Below are positions 1 through 13,124 of a DNA stretch of 59,276 bases, piece after piece; position 1 is the stretch's first letter; every line of letters begins with the position of its first letter. The DNA lies in NCBI RefSeq assembly GCF_004010195.1, contig NC_057720.1:33262172-33321447 (forward strand). Reading direction: 5' to 3'. The notes beneath the pieces are model-generated. The model saw nothing but the letters and a program-made list of their open reading frames with translations. It was not told where the DNA came from and did not search any database. The stretch comes from Chiloscyllium plagiosum. Taxonomy: Eukaryota. The position numbers were made by a program, and so were the translations under genes.

Positions 1-379
1 CATATACCAATTTGTTTCTTCTTTTTTTTTCTGACACAAATGGAGAGTCCTTGACACTGATCCAGCCCCCTCAGAGCCAGGTCTCAGAGTGAATAGAACC
101 TCTGACTCTCCTGTTTTTTTTAGAGTGAACAGGATCTTTCACACTCATTTGTTTTTCCCCCAGCACCCGTGTTGTGGGTGTGCAGGTGTAAGACACAGTG
201 GAAGACACACGGTGTACAAATCTTTATTCAGTTTCCACCACCAGGAAGAAATGAAATACACAAGTGGCCAGTGACAAGCAGTGCCCTTCACATCAAAGGG
301 CAATGCTGTGTGATTAAACAGTGAAGGGGAGGGCAGGGATTAAATCAAAATATAGTTGGATGGGGAAAAAATACAAAAT

Positions 380-442
380 CTGGATTAGAGTGGTGCTGGA
401 AAAGCACAGCAGGTCATGCAGAAAATCCCTTCATCAGGAATG
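380..442 (-). mobile_element. Penelope-like 3' fragment (family A) with truncated hammerhead motif
   Basis: Minus strand reads cCTGATGAaggg...gacctgctgtgcttttccagcacc, similar to 5275-5368 and 10890-11095; stem II/GAAA deleted. Confidence 0.6.
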
Positions 443-974
443 AAGGCCAGGAGCTCCAGGGCTTTCCACCCGGGTGCCCGAAGACCAGGAGCGTGGGACT
501 GAAGTGCAACCAAAAACAGATCTGGTGAAAAATGCATGTTGACACCCAGCTGATGTATAAAACATACAGCAAGTTGCTCCCAATATTAAACAGGCCTCAG
601 CAGACTATCACACAATACTGTCACAACTCTCACTATAACCCATGATGTTCAGACCTCTATATGGTTCCACTCAGTGTGCCCAAAGTCTGGACCATTCTGG
701 AGGAGTGCTTCAGTACTTAGGAGGTCTAGTGTCAAGATTCGTGATGGGCCACTATGTGATACACGTATCAGGGGAGTGTCCATGTCAGCATCTACACATC
801 GAACACCTCGAGAGCAGTAGCATGGGGTGTGGAAGAGAAGGAAGAAGGGAGATGAAATGAAGAATTGAAGCAGCCCCTTTTTGTCAGTCTCTCTCCAAAG
901 ATCTCATCCGAGTGTGATACAAGTAACTGCAGCCCCAATTCCTTTTCCCAATAAACCCAATAAACTCCTTACAG

Positions 975-2389
975 AACTCTGGAGGATAGCAAATGTTTCC
1001 CCCTTATTCAAGAAGGGCAGTAGAGACAACCCTGCTAATTATAGACCAGTGAGCCTTACTTTGGTTGTGGTTAAAGTGTTGTAAAAGATTATAAGATATT
1101 TAGAAGAGAGGAATAAGTTGATTAGAGATAGTCCAACACGGTTTTGTGAAGGGGAGGTCATGCCTCACAAACCTTATTGAACTCTTTGAGAAGATGACCA
1201 AACAGATGGATGTGTCAAAACGGTTGATGTGGTGTATATTGATTTCAGTAAGGCATTTGATAAAGTTTCCCATGGTAGGCTCTTGCAGAAAATATAGAGG
1301 CATGGGATTGAGGATGATTTAGCAGTTTGGATCAGAAATTGGCTAGCTGAAAGAAGACAGAGATGGTGTTTGTTGGGAAATGTTCATTCTGGAGTTCAGT
1401 TACTAGTGGTGTACCACAAGGATCTGTGTTGGGGCCACTGCTGTTTGTCATTTTTATAAATGACCTAGATGAGAGCATAAAAGGATGGGTTAGTAAATTT
1501 TCAGATTTGCACAAATTTGACACTAAGGTCGGTGGAGTTGTGTATTGTGCTGAAAAATGTGGCAGGTTACAGAGGGACATAGATAAGCTGCAGAGCTGGG
1601 CTGAGAGGTGGCAAATGCAGTTTAATGCAGAAAAATGTGAGGTGATTCACTTTGGAAGGAGCAACAGGAATAAAGAGTACTGGGCTAATGATAAGATTCT
1701 TGGTAATATAGAGGAGCAGAGAGATCTTGGTGTCCATGTACATACATCCCTGAAAGTTGCCACCCAGGTTGATAGGGCTGTTAAGAAGGCATATGGTGTG
1801 TTAGCTTTTATTAGTAGGGGGATTGAGTTTCAGAGTCACAAGGTCATGCTGCAGCTGTATAAAACTCTTGTGTGGCCGCACTTTGGGTATTGCATACAGT
1901 TCTGGTCACCATATTATAGGAAGGATGTGGAAGCTTTGGAAAGGTTTCAAATGAGATTTGTTAGGATGTTGCATGTTAGGTCTTATGAGGAAAGGCTGAG
2001 GGACTAGAGGCTGTTTTCATTAGAGAGAAGAAGATTGAGAGGTGACTTAATTGAGACACATAAGATAATCAGAGGATAGATAGGGTGGATAGGGAGAGCC
2101 TTTTTCCTCGGATATGATGGCTAGCACAAGGGGACATAGCTATAAATTGAGCGATGATAGATATTGGACAGATGTCAGAGGTAGTTTCTTTACTCAGAGA
2201 GTAATAGGGGTGTGGAACATGCTGCCTGCAACAGTAGTAGACTCACCAACTTTAAGGGCATTTAAACGGTCATTGGATGAAATGGAATAGTATAGGATAG
2301 ATAGACTTCAGATTGATTCCACAGGGAGGCTCAACATTGAGGGCAGAAGGGCCTGTACTGCGCTGTAATGTTCTATGTTCTACGTTCTA
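975..2389 (+). mobile_element. 5'-truncated CR1 LINE, decayed RT and 3' UTR
   Basis: ORFs contain NYRPVSLT and VTSGVPQGSVLGPLLFVIFINDLD; (ttctatg)n-like tail ending at about 2389. Confidence 0.95.
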
Positions 2390-3865
2390 AATCATATCTT
2401 AGCTTCTCTCTGGCACTAACTATCACTTGGCCACAATGCAAAAACAAAGGTCATCACTAAATAAACGTTCCAAACAAAAATTTAAAAATAAGTCATGCCA
2501 ACTTGCATACAAAGATCATCTAATTACCTTGTGTGTTCTATTAGCACCTGGACTGGGGTCTAGCACGGAAGGGTCAGACAACATGCGGAGGTCCTGTGCT
2601 GAACCGCTTTAACATAATGTTTGTTTGAAATTTTTTACCTTACTCTAATATCAATCCTTTAATGATATCTGATTTCTAACTTATTTTTTAAACTCTGTAA
2701 AGTAACGCAAACTACTTTTTATTCCTCTGCTGTATCCAAGGTTTGTACCTCGGTACTTGTACCTAAAATGTTGCTGTAAAAGGCAGATATTGTAATAGCT
2801 TTTCACTGTACTTCTACAATGGAGGACTTGTGACAATAAAGGATATTCACTCCCTCCCTTCTATGTGCCTTTGCCTTTCCTATTGCTCTTTACAGTGCCA
2901 TTTCCGTGACTCCCACCTAGCTAATGGAAAGCTGATGAATGTTAGTCAGGCAGATTGCCAATGACCATGCTGGATACCTTTGAGCAGAATATGGTCTGCG
3001 AGTCCTGCTTTTGGATTTACCATCTCAACCCGTTTGGCAGCAATCTAGGAAAGCTGGCTGGTCTCTGACAAAATGATAGGGGTGAGAGGATGAGTGCTGA
3101 GAGATGACAGCAAGTTCATGTTCATGGACATGCTGACACTTTAACAGTCCTCATATTCTGTTAAAGGGTCAGTTGGTTGGATTGCTATGACATACTACAA
3201 GCCTGATTTCCCACTGCAATCGACAACAATATTAGTAGTAGTCTGGCCAGCTGACCTTGTATGACTTCAGTCCTGTACTCGCATGGAAGCTGTGCTATCA
3301 GCCACAGAGGCTGCCTCATGGTTGGGTCCACAGCTCGCAGCTGACCACTGTTTCCATGCTTGAAAGAATGGCATCAAGCTTTGTACAAATTGGGTCAAAT
3401 CTGTGTTCAAGTCCATCAAGCTTCCTGACATTGGCAAAACATTTTCCGACAGACTTCCAAATACTCAAACGATTTCACTTTAAACACCAGCCAGTACCCC
3501 GTTGAGGTACCCAGCAAAATCCTCTGCAGCAAAATGTCAGCCTCCAACAAACTGAAACCTGCACTATATTTAACCCTGCCCCCCACACTATCCTGGCTGC
3601 AGGTCATTCTTGCCCAATATCTCACCATGTGTCCATCTCGCCTTTATGCTATGACTGAAATTGCAGGCTGTGAAAGTATCTGAGCTGGTGATTGTCTTTG
3701 TGAAATCAAGAAATGGTATTGTGTCTTCCCCATGATCACTTCATGCTGTTCCTCTTTTGTCTAATCAAGTTGCACTTCTTGGGTATCTGAAAGGAAAACG
3801 ACACAAGTGCAATGCTGTGCTGGAAAATTAAATGATGCATGCTTGCACCATCTTCAGCTTGTAAT

Positions 3866-4501
3866 CCATAAGACCACATGACGTAGGTGCAGAATTCAGC
3901 CATTTAACCCATTACGTCTACTCCAGCATTCAATCATGGCTGATATGTTTCTCATTCTCCTGCCTTCTCTCAATTACCTTCATCCCCTTACTAATCAAGA
4001 ACACATCTATCTGTACCATAAATACACTCAATGCCTTATTCTCCACAGCCTTCTACTACAATGAGTTCCACAGATTCACCATGATCTGTCTGAAGGAAGT
4101 CCTTCTCATTTCAGTTCTAAAGGATCATCCTTCACTCTAGGGCTGTGCCCTCAGGTCCTAGTCTCTCATACTAGTGGAAACATCTTCTCCACATCCACTA
4201 TTTCCAGGCCTCTCAGTATTTTATAAGTTTCAAACAGATCCTCTGTTATCCTTCTAAACTCCAACAAGTATTGATCCAGAATCCTCAATGGCTCCTCACA
4301 TGACAAGCCCTTCATCGCTGGGTTCATCTTCGAACCTGCTCCAAAGCCAGCACACCCTTCCTTAGATACAGGGCCCAAAACTGAACACCGTATTCCAAAG
4401 GCAGTCTGCTCTGGCCTCAGCAGTACCTCCCTGCTCTTGTATTCTAGCCCTCTCAAAATGAATGCTAATATTGCATTTGCCTTTCTAATGGCCGACTGAC
4501 C
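3866..4501 (-). mobile_element. CR1 LINE 3' fragment
   Basis: ORF 4166-4456 RGLEYKSREVLLR...DLFETYKILRGLE, followed by CR1 3' UTR. Confidence 0.9.
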
Positions 4502-4727
4502 CTACAGCTTAATCAGAAAAGAGCAGAGTGCAAAAGGGGAATAGGACGTGAGAAGGCGGATAAGGTAGCAATATATCATCGCCTTTGATGGTTTCAATAC
4601 TTCAGCAGGCTGCAATTTCAGCAGTGGGTTAACCAACATTGGCAGCAGTGAATTTCCATTGAAGCTAAGATTTGTAGGTTCTCTCTCCACTGTAAGCAAA
4701 TCATGCTGCCTCTTTTTGTACAGCAGG

Positions 4728-5170
4728 GAGTGGCAATACTACTGGGCTAATAATCAAGAAACAAAAACAGCATGTGATGGAGAAATGCAGCAGGCTTGAC
4801 AGCATCTATACAGAGAAAAACAGAGTTAATGTTCCAATTCCAGTGACCCTTTGTCAGAACTAGTGTAATTCAGAGACCCGTGCTAATGTTCCAAAAATAT
4901 GGGTTCGAATCCCACCATGCATTATGATTAGATTTGAATTCAATAAAACTCTGGAATAAAAAAGCCAGCCTAAACATGTGAGTATCATTGATTGTCATCA
5001 AAACCCATCTGATTCACTCCAGTCCTTTCGGGAAGAAAATCTGCCACCCTTACCTGGTCTGCACAACCTATTTCTCCAGGCCCACAGTTAACACTTGACT
5101 GCCCTCTGTGTAATTAGGAATGGGCAATGAATGCTGGCCCAGCATGTTCATGCCACCATCCCATGAACAA
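4728..5170 (+). mobile_element. tRNA-derived SINE with LINE-shared 3' tail, interrupted by a PLE fragment
   Basis: B-box-like gggttcgaatccc near 4901; tail ttaggaatgggcaatgaatgctggcccagc...catccca matches LINE ends near 40855-40905 and 53385-53440. Confidence 0.65.
4758..4862 (-). mobile_element. Penelope-like 3' fragment (family B), degenerate hammerhead
   Basis: Minus strand gttCTGACAAagggtcactggaattGGAAcattaactctg; similar to 53695-54150. Confidence 0.6.
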
Positions 5171-5274
5171 TTTTTCCAAAATCTCTGCAAGACAAAGGAA
5201 AGTTTTTCAGTGAATCCTGCTTGGCTGATGTGGCTGTCACAGTTCAATATTTGTCAGCTTATGCAAGCAGGATG

Positions 5275-5368
5275 GTGTTGAAAAGTGGGATGCTGGAAAA
5301 GCACGGCAGGTCAACAGCATCCGAGCAGCAGGAGAGTCAATATTTTGGGCATAAGCCCTTCATCAGCA
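5275..5368 (-). mobile_element. Penelope-like 3' fragment (family A), hammerhead with G12 mutated
   Basis: Minus strand CTGATGA-a-GGGC-ttat-GCCC-aaaa-tatt-gactctcctg. Confidence 0.75.
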
Positions 5369-5522
5369 GTGAGTTGTGGCTAGGTAGCTTGCGGAAGTAA
5401 CAAAGTGTGTGACCCTATGATAGGCAGATATAAATCCTGATCATAACTGTTGGTAAATGATTGCTGGAGCTGTGGTGAATTGAACAGAATCTGATTAGCG
5501 GTGTAGTTGGTAGAATGTAACA

Positions 5523-5640
5523 TTTGAATGTAACAATTGTGTCCTCCACAACCACCTGACGAAGGAGTGGCGCACCGAAAACTCGTGCTTCCAATTAAAC
5601 CTGTTGGACTATAACCTAGTGTTGTGTGATTTTTAACTTC
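5523..5640 (+). mobile_element. Penelope-like 3' fragment (family C) with hammerhead motif
   Basis: cac-CTGACGA(5556-5562)-aggagtggcgcacc-GAAA(5577-5580)-actc-gtg; downstream sequence nearly identical to 42069-42120. Confidence 0.75.
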
Positions 5641-8057
5641 TTTCAGCACTGCCTTCTCAGCTTCAGAGCTTGACTACATATCATTGACCTCCACAAGATA
5701 GCTCTTCCTTTTGAATGTTTGCTGGAGGGAATCCTAGCTTCCTATGGAATAGCCATCCTGTTAGGGCAGCCTATGACTGAGCAGCACAAAACGTCTGATG
5801 GCTGCCCATGGCTAATGCAGCAGAACATGGCTGACAGAAAATGTTTGCTTAATGTTGTCTTCACAAGTAGAACAATAGTAGCTCTGTAGACTCAAGGTAA
5901 CAGAACTGAGATAGAATATGCAGCTGCGGTTGTTTATGCATAAGATATAGATAAAAACATTTTGCACTACATTCAATTAATGAATTTCTCTTGAATTATT
6001 TAATCAATCTGTTACAGTACTAACCCGTAGGTTTTAAGTAAGATCCTTCAAATAATCATAGATATAGATTCCGAAGTAGTTATAGAACCACATATATACA
6101 AAAGAAATCACAAAAAGCATTAGAGGAAAAGATTCAAATAAAATTATGAGAGCAAACCAGCCTCAGATAGTAAAAGTGACCCTTATATTGTTACAGGGAG
6201 AAGTGAGTCATAGGTACAAAAACTTGCAGGCATTTGAATATGGGGTGAATGAACACATTATAAGATACCCAAGGAAAAAGATAGCGGTGTCTAGTAAATA
6301 TGGTTAGAAAGAAAATGTTCAAAACTTGTTAGCTCAAGAATTCTGGTTGGAACTGACATTATAACAATTAGTAAAAATCAATATTCTTTTGTATTCCCTG
6401 TAATGAGGTTAATAAGGAATTTAAAAGGTCCTGAAGTGATAGGCAAGTATCCAATTAATTGGCCAATCACAGTTGAATAACTCAGCTCTGGTGGCCAATA
6501 GTATCCAAGTGGGATGAGCTATGAGTTTGAGCTGAAAAAATAAGCTACTCAGAAACCTTTTGTGCACCTCTTTGCTAAGAAAACCTGAAGCTCTAACAGC
6601 ATTGTACTGCAATAAATGTTGTCTTAAACTACAACTGTACTTGGACTCTCATTGCAAACTATAGGGTCTAACACGTCCTTGCCATCTGCTCCACCAAGGC
6701 CTCCAGTTTTGGAATGGCTTGGAGCCTGGTGATTCTTATGGTGTGTAATTCTTCAAGCTTTGCCAAGTACAATTTATCTTACAAAGGACTCCCAGCATTT
6801 CCCCAGCCACAATTCACTTCCCATATAGAAGATGCAGGCGAGACTTAACTGATTCTGGACACCCAGTATATTCACTTCTGCTCATGAACTGAGCTAAACA
6901 ACAGCACAGTTGGCATTGTCTGGAAGCTGCAGTCATGCTACCTTTGTTACAATCAATGGGCTTGTGTTTATTGTGTACTACAATCCTGGCACCTCGTGTC
7001 TACTGAGTTAGCCGACAATTACATGTCTATAGGACACCAACCTAGCCTGAAATGTTGCCAATACAAAGCTAGACAAAAGTCTACAGGAAACAAAGCCAGA
7101 GCAGTATGTATCAGGCCCTCCAATCTAAAAGAATGCCATGAAGGGCAAAAAACTACAAATTTTCCATTGACACAATTATCCAGAATGTAATCAGGTGCAG
7201 AATGGAAATAATATTTCTTTAATTACCTCACACTTAGCAATAATTAAAATAGACATTACAGTTTCTCACATGATTAACAACAAGAATGGAGATACTTATT
7301 CCATCACAATTCTAGCGCTCAGATATTTCACTCAAAACTAATTTAAAAGTTCTAGCCAAAATTCTGTTTATAATTTATTGAATTTCTGTTCTTTTAAGTA
7401 AGCATGACTTGGTGGATTGAGGAGCCTTTAATAAATATGTCAGGTGAGAGCCTCTTAACTCTCTCCAGAGAAGGCTGATTGCTATGTTTAAAAGGATTGA
7501 CTGAGATGATTGAAGTCAGCAACCTCCAAACATTTAAATTGCTTGTTTAAGGTTACAAATCATTTTCAGTTGTTTCTCAAATTTTGTATTGAACAAAATA
7601 AACTGCTGGGATTGTGATCCTGTGAGCTGTAATGCTTACGATCTCTTTCTCCATCTCTGAGAAGCTCATTGAAGACTGTAGCATTCAATTTACTTTTCGT
7701 TATACACAGCCAAATAAGCAGCTGCCATAAAAAGTGTAAGATACTAAATCCTTGATACGGCTGATTCACAATTCACAAATCCATGTACTCGCAATGAGGC
7801 CCCAGACCCCATCTCGTCTTTTTTGCTTAGAGACCTGTCCTGTCTGATCATATGGCACTTTGCAGTACATAAGAGATTCACAATGGGAGTTGTAATAAGT
7901 TCAAAATTTAGGCAAGTCTTAAAAAGAATTGTAAACCAAATTAAAAATAACAAGATCAAAATTTGCAATCATGGCTTATAAATTAGAGATTTTTAGTATC
8001 TAATCTGTAGCCCAGTTTCACTGTATAGCTATCAGGGAAGAATATCCTGAAATAAAC

Positions 8058-8400
8058 AGAATCATAAAATCCCTACAATGTGGAAACAGGCCCTTTGATC
8101 ATCAGGTCCACGCCAACCCTCCGAAGAGTAACACACCCAGACTCATTCCCCTATCCTATTATCCTATATTTACTCATGGACCTAACCTTCACATCCCTGA
8201 ACACTATGGGCAATTTAGCATGGCCAATTCACCTAATCTGCATTTCAATGGATTGTAGAAGGAAGCAGGTGCATCTGGAGGAAACCCACACAGACACAGG
8301 GAGAATGTGTAACCTCCACAGTCATCTGAGGCTGGAATCGAACGTGGGTCCCTGGTGCTTCGAGGCAGCAATGCTAACCACTGAGCCATCGTGTCACCCC
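8058..8400 (-). mobile_element. HE1/V-SINE-like tRNA-derived SINE
   Basis: Reverse complement has tRNA-like head tggctcagtggttagcattgctgcctc, V-domain-like core and CR1-like tail gggcctgtttccaca. Confidence 0.85.
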
Positions 8401-8519
8401 CAAACAGAAGGCTTTATGGCTCGATGAATACTCTCCGGCCATGTCTAGCTGCTGAATAGACAAGAGTTCACTGGCTGAGGTAAGACTACCTGCAATCTGA
8501 GGTTTGCATAATTACTATA

Positions 8520-9200
8520 TTTTTATAAATATATTTAATGAGAAAAATACTTTGAATTTTTTACAAAATTAGAAAATTACTACAAAAAGCATAACAATCT
8601 TATAATATAACAACATTCACAGTAAACAACCGACTACTCTACTCCACAAACAATTTAGAAAAAAACGAATAAAGAGAAAAAAAACCTACACAAGCTACAA
8701 TTCAATAAGTAACTAAATTTAAAAAAAGAACCTAAATTAAATCCAATTGAACCAAGGCAAATTAAATTAAATTAAGTTACAACACTTAGCGCAATCCCAC
8801 CAAAGCTTCCCATCACCGGGAGCATCAGTTGGCATACCTGTATTTGCTCGGAATTCTTCCTCCCAGGGGCCCCTGGGCCGCCAGACACAGCACTCATGGC
8901 TACACAAAAGCCCTGCCCAATACAGCCAACAGGTCTGCATCTATACAGTTTAAAAAGGGCCGCCACATCCTATAAAATAGTTCTGTTTTCTGGTGCACCA
9001 TACTTGTAAGTAAGTCCAAGGGGATGTGCTCCATAACTAACCTACGCTACCCAGAGAGTCCTGGGGGATTATCTGACATCCAACTCATCAGAATGTTCTT
9101 CCTCGCACAAAATGAAAGAATATTAAACAGTATTTTCCCATGCATGTCCAAAGAGGGGAGATTCAGCAAACCCAAGAAGAGGGACACCGAAACTACCTTG
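8520..9200 (-). mobile_element. L1-clade LINE 3' fragment
   Basis: Similar to the 3' parts of 14846-16229 and 34165-36735 (gtccaagggg atgtgctccataa, gaatgttcttcctcgcac). Confidence 0.75.
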
Positions 9201-10261
9201 ATCTTTTACATCTTGGTACAAGCCTGTCCTCTGACAGGGCTTAGTCTGGTAAACAGGGGCAGAAATTGTCTTTGCTTCTCGCCTGGGGACCAGCATCCAT
9301 AAAGTTTGCAGAGCTAAAAATCTCCTCAGCAGAAAAAAAAATAGGTTATTTGCCTTTTATTTTCACTTACTTGCCTTTGTGTATGTGTTCTCTTTTAAAA
9401 AACATAATTTTTCACATCATAAAGTGCACCTACACTTGATGTTTAGGAATCCTTTTTACAAACACAATTTGAATGTCTGTATTCCCTAGGAAAGTTAAGA
9501 ATCATTATACTGTGATAATAAGTTAAAAGCCAGTAGCTTTAGTATTTTGACAGTGTTGATATAGCAGAATATTTTTGTGTTACTGTTCATTCACAATGTT
9601 GATAGAATTATTCACCAATGGTTTCTTGTTTACTGTATCTCAGAAACATAGCTGATGGTAACATATTCCATTAATATCTATTTAGGATGGTTATATCAGT
9701 GTATATTTGAGCCTGTGGTTTTCTAGGATCGTCTTGCAAATTCATATATTTGATTCAGCTTTTTCCACTGTTGCTTTTCATCAAGTTAATTGTTTCAGGT
9801 CACTGTCCACAGAATCACTCCATCCTCTGCTCCATTCTCAGAATAGTCAATGTCTACCTTTTCTGTTAAAACTTCAGTTGCATGAAAGTAGGAAAATAAC
9901 TTTAATTACCTCTAACCAAATCCTTAATAAGCAAAAACACTGCAGTATTAACAAGCATTTAGGCTGTGAAAGGGTTGAATTCTTGACTACTTGGTCAAAC
10001 TTTAGGAGCTTAAGAAAAATGGTTTAACCACTCTTCATTAAATTTCAGTGCCTTATTTTTAGCGTTTCTGTTCGTTCTCAGATACAAAACGATTGCCTGC
10101 CCATCTCAAAGTATCACCAGCTCATTCATATCATTAATCTTCAGAGTTACCTCATTCACCTAAACTGCCTGAGTGTCAAGCATATCCTGGATGAAGTGCA
10201 AGAAGGAAAATTGCCAATAGGATCACTGACCAGTACTTGGGTACTTTCTGTCAAGTGAAAT

Positions 10262-10680
10262 AAATAGAAGGGATAGTGAGCAGGCCTTGCGATAGGTAGA
10301 TGAAGATGGTGGGTATTGGTGATAGGTCAGAGCAGAGGGTAGAGTGGATAGGTGGGAAGGAAGATGAGCAGGTAGGACAATTCAAGAGGGCGGTGCCAAG
10401 TTGGAGGGTTGAATCTGGGACAACATGGGGGGAGGGGAGATGAGGAAACTGGTGAAATCGACATTGATTCCGTATCGTTGGAGGGTCCCAAGGCAGAAGA
10501 TGAGGTGTTCTCCCTCCAGTCTTTGGTGGCTATGATTTGGCAGTAGGGGAGACTCAGGACTTGCATGTCTTTGGCAGAGTGGGAGGGGGAGGTGAAGTGT
10601 TCGGCCACAGGGTGGTGGGGTTGTTTAGTGCATGTGTCCCAGAGATGTTCTCTGAAATGTTCCGCAAATTGGCATGCTGA
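10262..10680 (-). mobile_element. Penelope-like element, decayed C-terminal GIY-YIG endonuclease region
   Basis: ORF 10327-10746 FAEHFREHLWDTCTKQPHHPVAEHFTSPSHSAKDMQVL matches the R-x-x-EH...VAxHF...H pattern of PLE endonucleases. Confidence 0.8.
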
Positions 10681-10889
10681 CCTCCTTTGTCCTCTTTCAT
10701 TCAGTGTTCCACTTAGACAATATCTCATGCTCAGGAAAATCGACACCAGTCAACATGGGGAGTTCCAAAATATTATATTGTAATCATTTCTCAAGTTTTT
10801 ACATGGCATTTCCAATACTCAAAAAGCAATGCATATATTATTTTAAATTATTTCCTAACCTGTGTGGTATCTGAACTATGTACCTTGGC

Positions 10890-11095
10890 GGAGAATGTGA
10901 GGACTGCAGATGCTGGAGATCAGAGCTGAAAATGTGTTGCTGGAAAAGCGCAGCAGGTCAGGCAGCACCCAAGGAACAGGAGAATCGACGTTCTTCTTCA
11001 GGAATCCTGAAGAAGGGCTTATGCCTGAAACGTTGATTCTCCTGTTCCTTGGATGCTGCCTGACCTGCTGCGCTTTTCCAGCAACATATTTTCAG
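10890..11095. mobile_element. Palindromic miniature Penelope-like element (family A)
   Basis: Arms about 10923-10992 and 11029-11097 are reverse complements; TSD ctatgYaccttggc at 10876-10889 and 11096-11109. Confidence 0.85.
11002..11039 (+). ncRNA. Minimal type-I hammerhead ribozyme motif
   Basis: GAAUC-CUGAAGA-A-GGGC uuau GCCU-GAAA-C-GUU-GAUUC: 5-bp stem I, ACGU palindrome in place of stem III. Confidence 0.7.
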
Positions 11096-12629
11096 CTATG
11101 CACCTTGGCCTCTGGCTAAGGAATGAACTAGTGACCTCTGTGCTATTACGGTTTTCTGGAACAAGATACTGAAGACTAGCCTATGGTTGTAATGTTTCTT
11201 TTTGATTGATCCACCTCACAGTCATGAATATTATACACAAAAGTGAGGGTGTAAGCAGGCCCTTGGTTTAATCTTCCAGTTTGCAATGCAACTCCATCCG
11301 TTAGCAAAACTTAAAAGAATTTGCTGAATATATTAGTCAAATAACAAACATAAAAATGACAGAATATCTGTAACATGTTTCAAATTGAAGTCATTTGGAG
11401 AATGATTGATTTGAATTACAGGAATGAGTCCTTACGGTCAAAAAATAAATGGGCAGACACTTTCAGAGTGTAGTGTCTATTTCATTGTGGAACTCACATA
11501 ACACTGTTTCGCGAGATGGAAAAATCCAATTTCAGTTGAATATTGCTTTCTTAATCCTGGTTCATTTAGAATGCATTGAAACTTCATATTCAATTATATC
11601 GTTATTCAATTTTTACTAATTGAATATTCATTGTAACACCTATTCTGATGTCAAGTGATCACTTTCTCTTACAGTGAAATGAACAACTAGTGACTAGTTC
11701 AATCTTTGTCCAGCTCCCATGTCCGATGCATGACTTAAGGGTTCTTTTTTTTAAAAGGGGCAGTTATATATCTCTTTGGGGATAGTAAAGATGAGTTATT
11801 ACTTTAATAATTCAGAAGTGCATCAACTCTGACCAATAGAAATAAAAGCAGTCTTTTCATAATTCCATTAAGAGCCGTCATGAAGTATAGAGTTATCTCC
11901 CCTGTGAAGAAAGAACAATTACCCCAACTACAAAATGCACAGTGATTTCCAGTGAGGACAATTACAGTGAGCTCATCTCCCCTCATGATAAACTTCCCCT
12001 TGAAAGGAAATAATCATTGCTTTCCCTGAGGAACAGCATGTCCTCCCCAAGTGAAAATGCACACAGTCAGCCAATCGTGAAGAAATTCACAGCTATCATT
12101 GAAGAGGGATCCAGTTGCATTTCAATGTGGAAAAGAACACAGTGGAGATGAGGAGATTTACTTTCTGCAATGTCTTATACTGATCAGAAATGCATTGCCT
12201 AAAATGGATAACAGATAAATGTGTAAAGGAATTTAGATACAGGCTTGAAAATAATTTCAGGATCATAAATAAAAAGCAGGGGGTGCGAATAATTGGATAG
12301 CTCCCTCATAGAGCTGCCATAAGTACAATTAGCCAAATGGCTTCTTTCAGATCTATAAGGAGCCATGGTTCTGTGAACAACATAGTTGTATCTAGTGACA
12401 CTGCAAACTACAGGGAAAGACATTTCACTTATACATTATAGTGTTCAGTTCTATATTTAACTCTGTGTCTGTTTACTGTTGATGGTCATTGTATTTGCTT
12501 GATTAAGGCTAGATATGAACTCACAAAAAACTAAATAAATCTGTTAAAATCAGAGTTACAGCATGGATTAGACATTTTAAAGCACAATGAATCAGAAGAG
12601 TGGTTATCCATAATACAAAGTGACTGTTT

Positions 12630-12752
12630 TGATTCCAGACTCAAACCTTTAACTCTCTTTTTTTACCATAGATTTTGCCAGACCTACAGAGTTTTTCCAG
12701 CAATTTCTGTTTTTGTGTGTTTCAGATCTCCAGCATCCACAGTTCTTTGTTT
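12630..12752 (+). mobile_element. Degenerate Penelope-like 3' fragment (family B)
   Basis: gccagacct...ttttccagcaatttctgtttttg...ccagcatc matches 54091-54150. Confidence 0.55.
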
Positions 12753-13124
12753 TATTTCTATCTATAACAATGTAGCTTTAGCGCATCTTGCAATTCTTTT
12801 GCTATTTTTGCTTCTGATTAAATTATACTTTGTCATTTTCTCATTAGAATAAAAACTTCTAAATCCCAAAGCATTATTCTCACAGCTCTCCTTTTCCAAA
12901 CCAGAGGCTGTCCCCAGTGTTGCAGTTACTTGCACATGACTTTGACAGCAATAGCAGATTCTCCTTTCATGTTACTGAGGATTTTCTGATGTTGGGCATG
13001 CCCATGTTATGGGAAGAAAGTCAGATACCCTCACACATTTTGCCAGTGAACAGATTGATACCAACCAAGTGAACCTTGGCGGAGGGGGCTATGATCAGAC
13101 AGGGCAAAGGAAGCATCTGTGCAC

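Noticed and set aside
1363..2007. 214-aa RT ORF as a functional or domesticated gene
   Set aside because: Part of a 5'-truncated CR1 with flanking stops and a disrupted FADD motif (FSDLHKFD)
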